A stretch of DNA of 64,000 nt from Candidatus Rokuibacteriota bacterium (GTDB lineage: Bacteria > Methylomirabilota > Methylomirabilia > Rokubacteriales > CSP1-6), in contig QHSU01000087.1 in NCBI GenBank assembly GCA_003220535.1, positions 3,273 to 67,272 on the forward strand, given 5' to 3'. Of the stretch, positions 61,913-64,000 are shown one piece after another. Numbering within the stretch: position 1 is the stretch's first letter; each line of letters begins with the position of its first letter. A program made the position numbers and the translations under genes. The notes under the pieces were generated by a model, which ran no database searches, was not told where the DNA came from, and saw nothing but the letters and a program-made list of their open reading frames with translations.

Positions 61913-63196
61913 TCACCGCCGCGGCCGGCGATCGACGACACGCACGGCCTTGCCCTGAGGCCGCTCGATCTCGCCTTGCGCGCAGAGGCGGACGTCCGGG
62001 CTCAGCGCCAGCAGATCGTGCAGCTCGCGCCGGATCCGCGTCGCGACCGCCGGGTCGCAGGCGGGCCCGGCCTCGACGTGGATCGTCATGCGCTCGCCGC
62101 CGGCCTCCGAGTCGAGCACGATCTGGTACTCGTGGCTCACGCCGGCGTGCCGCAGGAGCGTCGTCTCGATCTGGCGCGGGTAGAAATTCACGCCCTTGAA
62201 GATCACCATATCGTCGACGCGTCCGCGAAGCCGGTCGAGCCGCAGCGCGGTGCGCCCGCAGTCGCACCGCGCGCGCGCGACGACGCGCGTCAGATCGTGG
62301 GTCCGATAGCGTACCAGCGGCAGGCCGGCGCGCGTCAGCGTCGAGATGACCAGCTCGCCCTCGGTGCCGTCCGGCACGACGGCGCCGGTCGACGGGTCGA
62401 CGATCTCGGGGTGATAGTGATCCTCCCAGACGTGAATGCCCGCGCGCGCGGCGCAGTCGATACCGAGCCCCGGCCCGCCGGTCTCGGTCATGCCAATGAT
62501 GTCGAACGTGCGGATGCGCAGCTCGTGCTCGATGCGCGCCCGCAGCTCGTCGGACCACATCTCCGAGCCGAAGATGCCGACGCGGAGCGACAGGGACGCG
62601 AGGTCGAAGCGCTCCTCGCGCGCCGCCTCGAGCAGGCGCAGCGGGTAAGTCGCGATCGCAGCGACGACGGTGGTCTTGAGGTCGCGCATGAGCCTCAACT
62701 GCAGGGTCGTCCGCCCGGCGCCCGTCGGGATGACCATCGCGCCGAGCTGCTCGGCGCCGTAGTGGAAGCCAAACCCGCCGGTGAAGAGGCCGAACGAGGG
62801 TGTGATCTGGATGACGTCGTCCCGGCCGACGCCGGCCGCGACGTAGCAGCGCGCCATGACCTCGCCCCACTGCGCCACGTCGGAGGCGGTGTAGGGATTC
62901 AGGATGGGGCTCCCCGTCGTGCCGCTCGACATCTGGACGCGGACGTACCCGGCCTCACGCGCGCACGCGAGCCCGTAGGGGTAGGCGTCCCGTAGCTCCT
63001 CCTTCGTGAGGAACGGCAGCTTTCGCCAATCGTCGAGTCGGACGACATCCTCGGGCTGGAGACCGCGAAGACGTCGCGCCCACGCCGGCTCGGCCAGAAC
63101 CCGACCGAGAGTCGCGCGCATCCGTTTGTGGACGAGGCGCTCGAGGAGCTCACGCTCGAGCGACTCGACCTCGGGCTGCCACATCGTCACGGCCAC
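61913..63196 (-). CDS. phenylacetate-CoA ligase (PaaK)-family adenylate-forming enzyme
   Basis: 427 aa. It has VQMSSGTTGSP, ...IIGMTETGGPG... and FKGVNFYPRQIE, typical of the PaaK / coenzyme F390 synthetase-like subfamily. Confidence 0.85.
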   Translation of the reverse strand: MAVTMWQPEVESLERELLERLVHKRMRATLGRVLAEPAWARRLRGLQPEDVVRLDDWRKLPFLTKEELRDAYPYGLACAREAGYVRVQMSSGTTGSPILNPYTASDVAQWGEVMARCYVAAGVGRDDVIQITPSFGLFTGGFGFHYGAEQLGAMVIPTGAGRTTLQLRLMRDLKTTVVAAIATYPLRLLEAAREERFDLASLSLRVGIFGSEMWSDELRARIEHELRIRTFDIIGMTETGGPGLGIDCAARAGIHVWEDHYHPEIVDPSTGAVVPDGTEGELVISTLTRAGLPLVRYRTHDLTRVVARARCDCGRTALRLDRLRGRVDDMVIFKGVNFYPRQIETTLLRHAGVSHEYQIVLDSEAGGERMTIHVEAGPACDPAVATRIRRELHDLLALSPDVRLCAQGEIERPQGKAVRVVDRRPRR

Positions 63197-63324
63197 CGAG
63201 TCTAACGTGCGGGTCGGAAGGCGGCAACGGGCCCGACCGCGCGTCGAGAGCGACCACTGCTCGATCGGCTGGTGCTTGGCCGGCTCTCCGAAGCGCCGGA
63301 GTCGCCAGAGACCATCGTCGGCGC

Positions 63325-64000
63325 TCAGCTCGGGGCGTGGCCAGCGCGGTCGAGGCCGAGGTAAGCGGTCTGGACGCGTGGATCCGCGGCCAGCGCCGCG
63401 CTCGATCCCGACGCGACCAGCCGACCAGTTTCGAGGACGTAGCCGCGCGACGCGAGCGCGAGCGCGCGTCGCGCATTCTGCTCGACCAGGAGCACGGCGA
63501 CGCCGCCGTCGTTGATCCGCCGGATCACGCGAAAGATCTCGCGCGACAGCATCGGCGCCAGACCGAGCGACGGCTCGTCGAGCAGCAGGAGCCGAGGGCG
63601 GCTCACGAGGGCGCGGCCGATGGCGAGCATCTGCTGCTCGCCGCCCGAGAGCGTCCCGGCGGGCTGGAGCCGCCGGTCGCGGAGCACCGGAAAGAGCTCG
63701 AAGGCGGCGTCCAGCCGCTCGCCGAGCTCGGACCGTCGCACGGTGTGGCCGCCGACGAGGAGATTCTCGAGGACCGTGAACTCCGGGAAGATCTCGCGCC
63801 CTTCGGGAACGTGACTGACGCCGGCGGCGACGATGGCGTCGGCCGGTGCCCGCGTGATGTCCCGGCCCTCGTAGCGGATCGCTCCCCGGGTCGGCCTGAC
63901 GAGTCCGGACACCGCGCGCAGCGCCGTCGACTTGCCCGCGCCGTTCGCGCCGAGCAGAGTGACGATCTCGCCAGGCCCGACCGTCAGCGTCACGCCCTCG
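63325..64000 (-). CDS. Liv-type ABC importer ATPase (LivF-like), partial (N-terminus beyond the right edge)
   Basis: It has GANGAGKST, LSGGEQQML and LLLDEPSLG. The track's first M is an internal GTG, and the frame stays open to base 64000. Confidence 0.85.
   Translation of the reverse strand, partial: EGVTLTVGPGEIVTLLGANGAGKSTALRAVSGLVRPTRGAIRYEGRDITRAPADAIVAAGVSHVPEGREIFPEFTVLENLLVGGHTVRRSELGERLDAAFELFPVLRDRRLQPAGTLSGGEQQMLAIGRALVSRPRLLLLDEPSLGLAPMLSREIFRVIRRINDGGVAVLLVEQNARRALALASRGYVLETGRLVASGSSAALAADPRVQTAYLGLDRAGHAPS

Overview
Scope: I read the sequence and the ORF track by eye. No searches or folding programs were run, and all family calls come from remembered motifs. The window is a visibly very GC-rich bacterial chromosomal segment (high-60s % by eye, not computed). 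It holds about 62 protein genes, nearly all on the minus strand, in long, tightly packed runs. At least seven cistron junctions overlap as GTGA or ATGA, which suggests translational coupling. Many long ORFs in the track are antisense or out-of-frame shadows typical of high GC, and several were trimmed to internal starts.

Content:
1. Heat-shock cluster grpE-cbpA-cbpM-clpB. Its dnaK is reduced to a C-terminal stump and grpE looks N-terminally eroded.
2. Four complete Liv-type (branched-chain-amino-acid-like) ABC importers plus the edge of a fifth. All sit among acyl-CoA enzymes: three kinds of adenylate-forming CoA ligases, a class III CoA-transferase, four acyl-CoA dehydrogenases, two crotonases, EtfAB, IlvE, and a split B12 acyl-CoA mutase carrying the Phe/Gln signature of isobutyryl-CoA mutase.
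3. A plus-strand block with an NMT1-type binding protein, an unrecognised membrane protein, and a Dpp-like binding protein plus two permeases but no ATPases.
4. A NitT/TauT-type ABC importer, a purine permease, a Na+/H+ antiporter, a transaldolase, TrpD and HemP.

I saw no rRNA, tRNA, CRISPR, transposase, integrase or phage genes.

Most unusual signal: a family of six palindromic elements of 150-205 bp. They lie at 15.7-16.3 kb (three in tandem), 23.2, 31.8 and 58.1 kb. Each has a conserved core of about 85 nt flanked by long G-run/C-run arms. The arms differ between copies but stay 90-100% self-complementary within each copy. Every copy sits at a cistron junction next to a livH-type permease gene. 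I could not assign them to any repeat or RNA family I know.

Other points: a rearrangement scar around the antiporter gene, an exported lipoprotein globin inside a CoA-ligase/ABC operon, two small unannotated ORFs, and several candidate regulatory palindromes.
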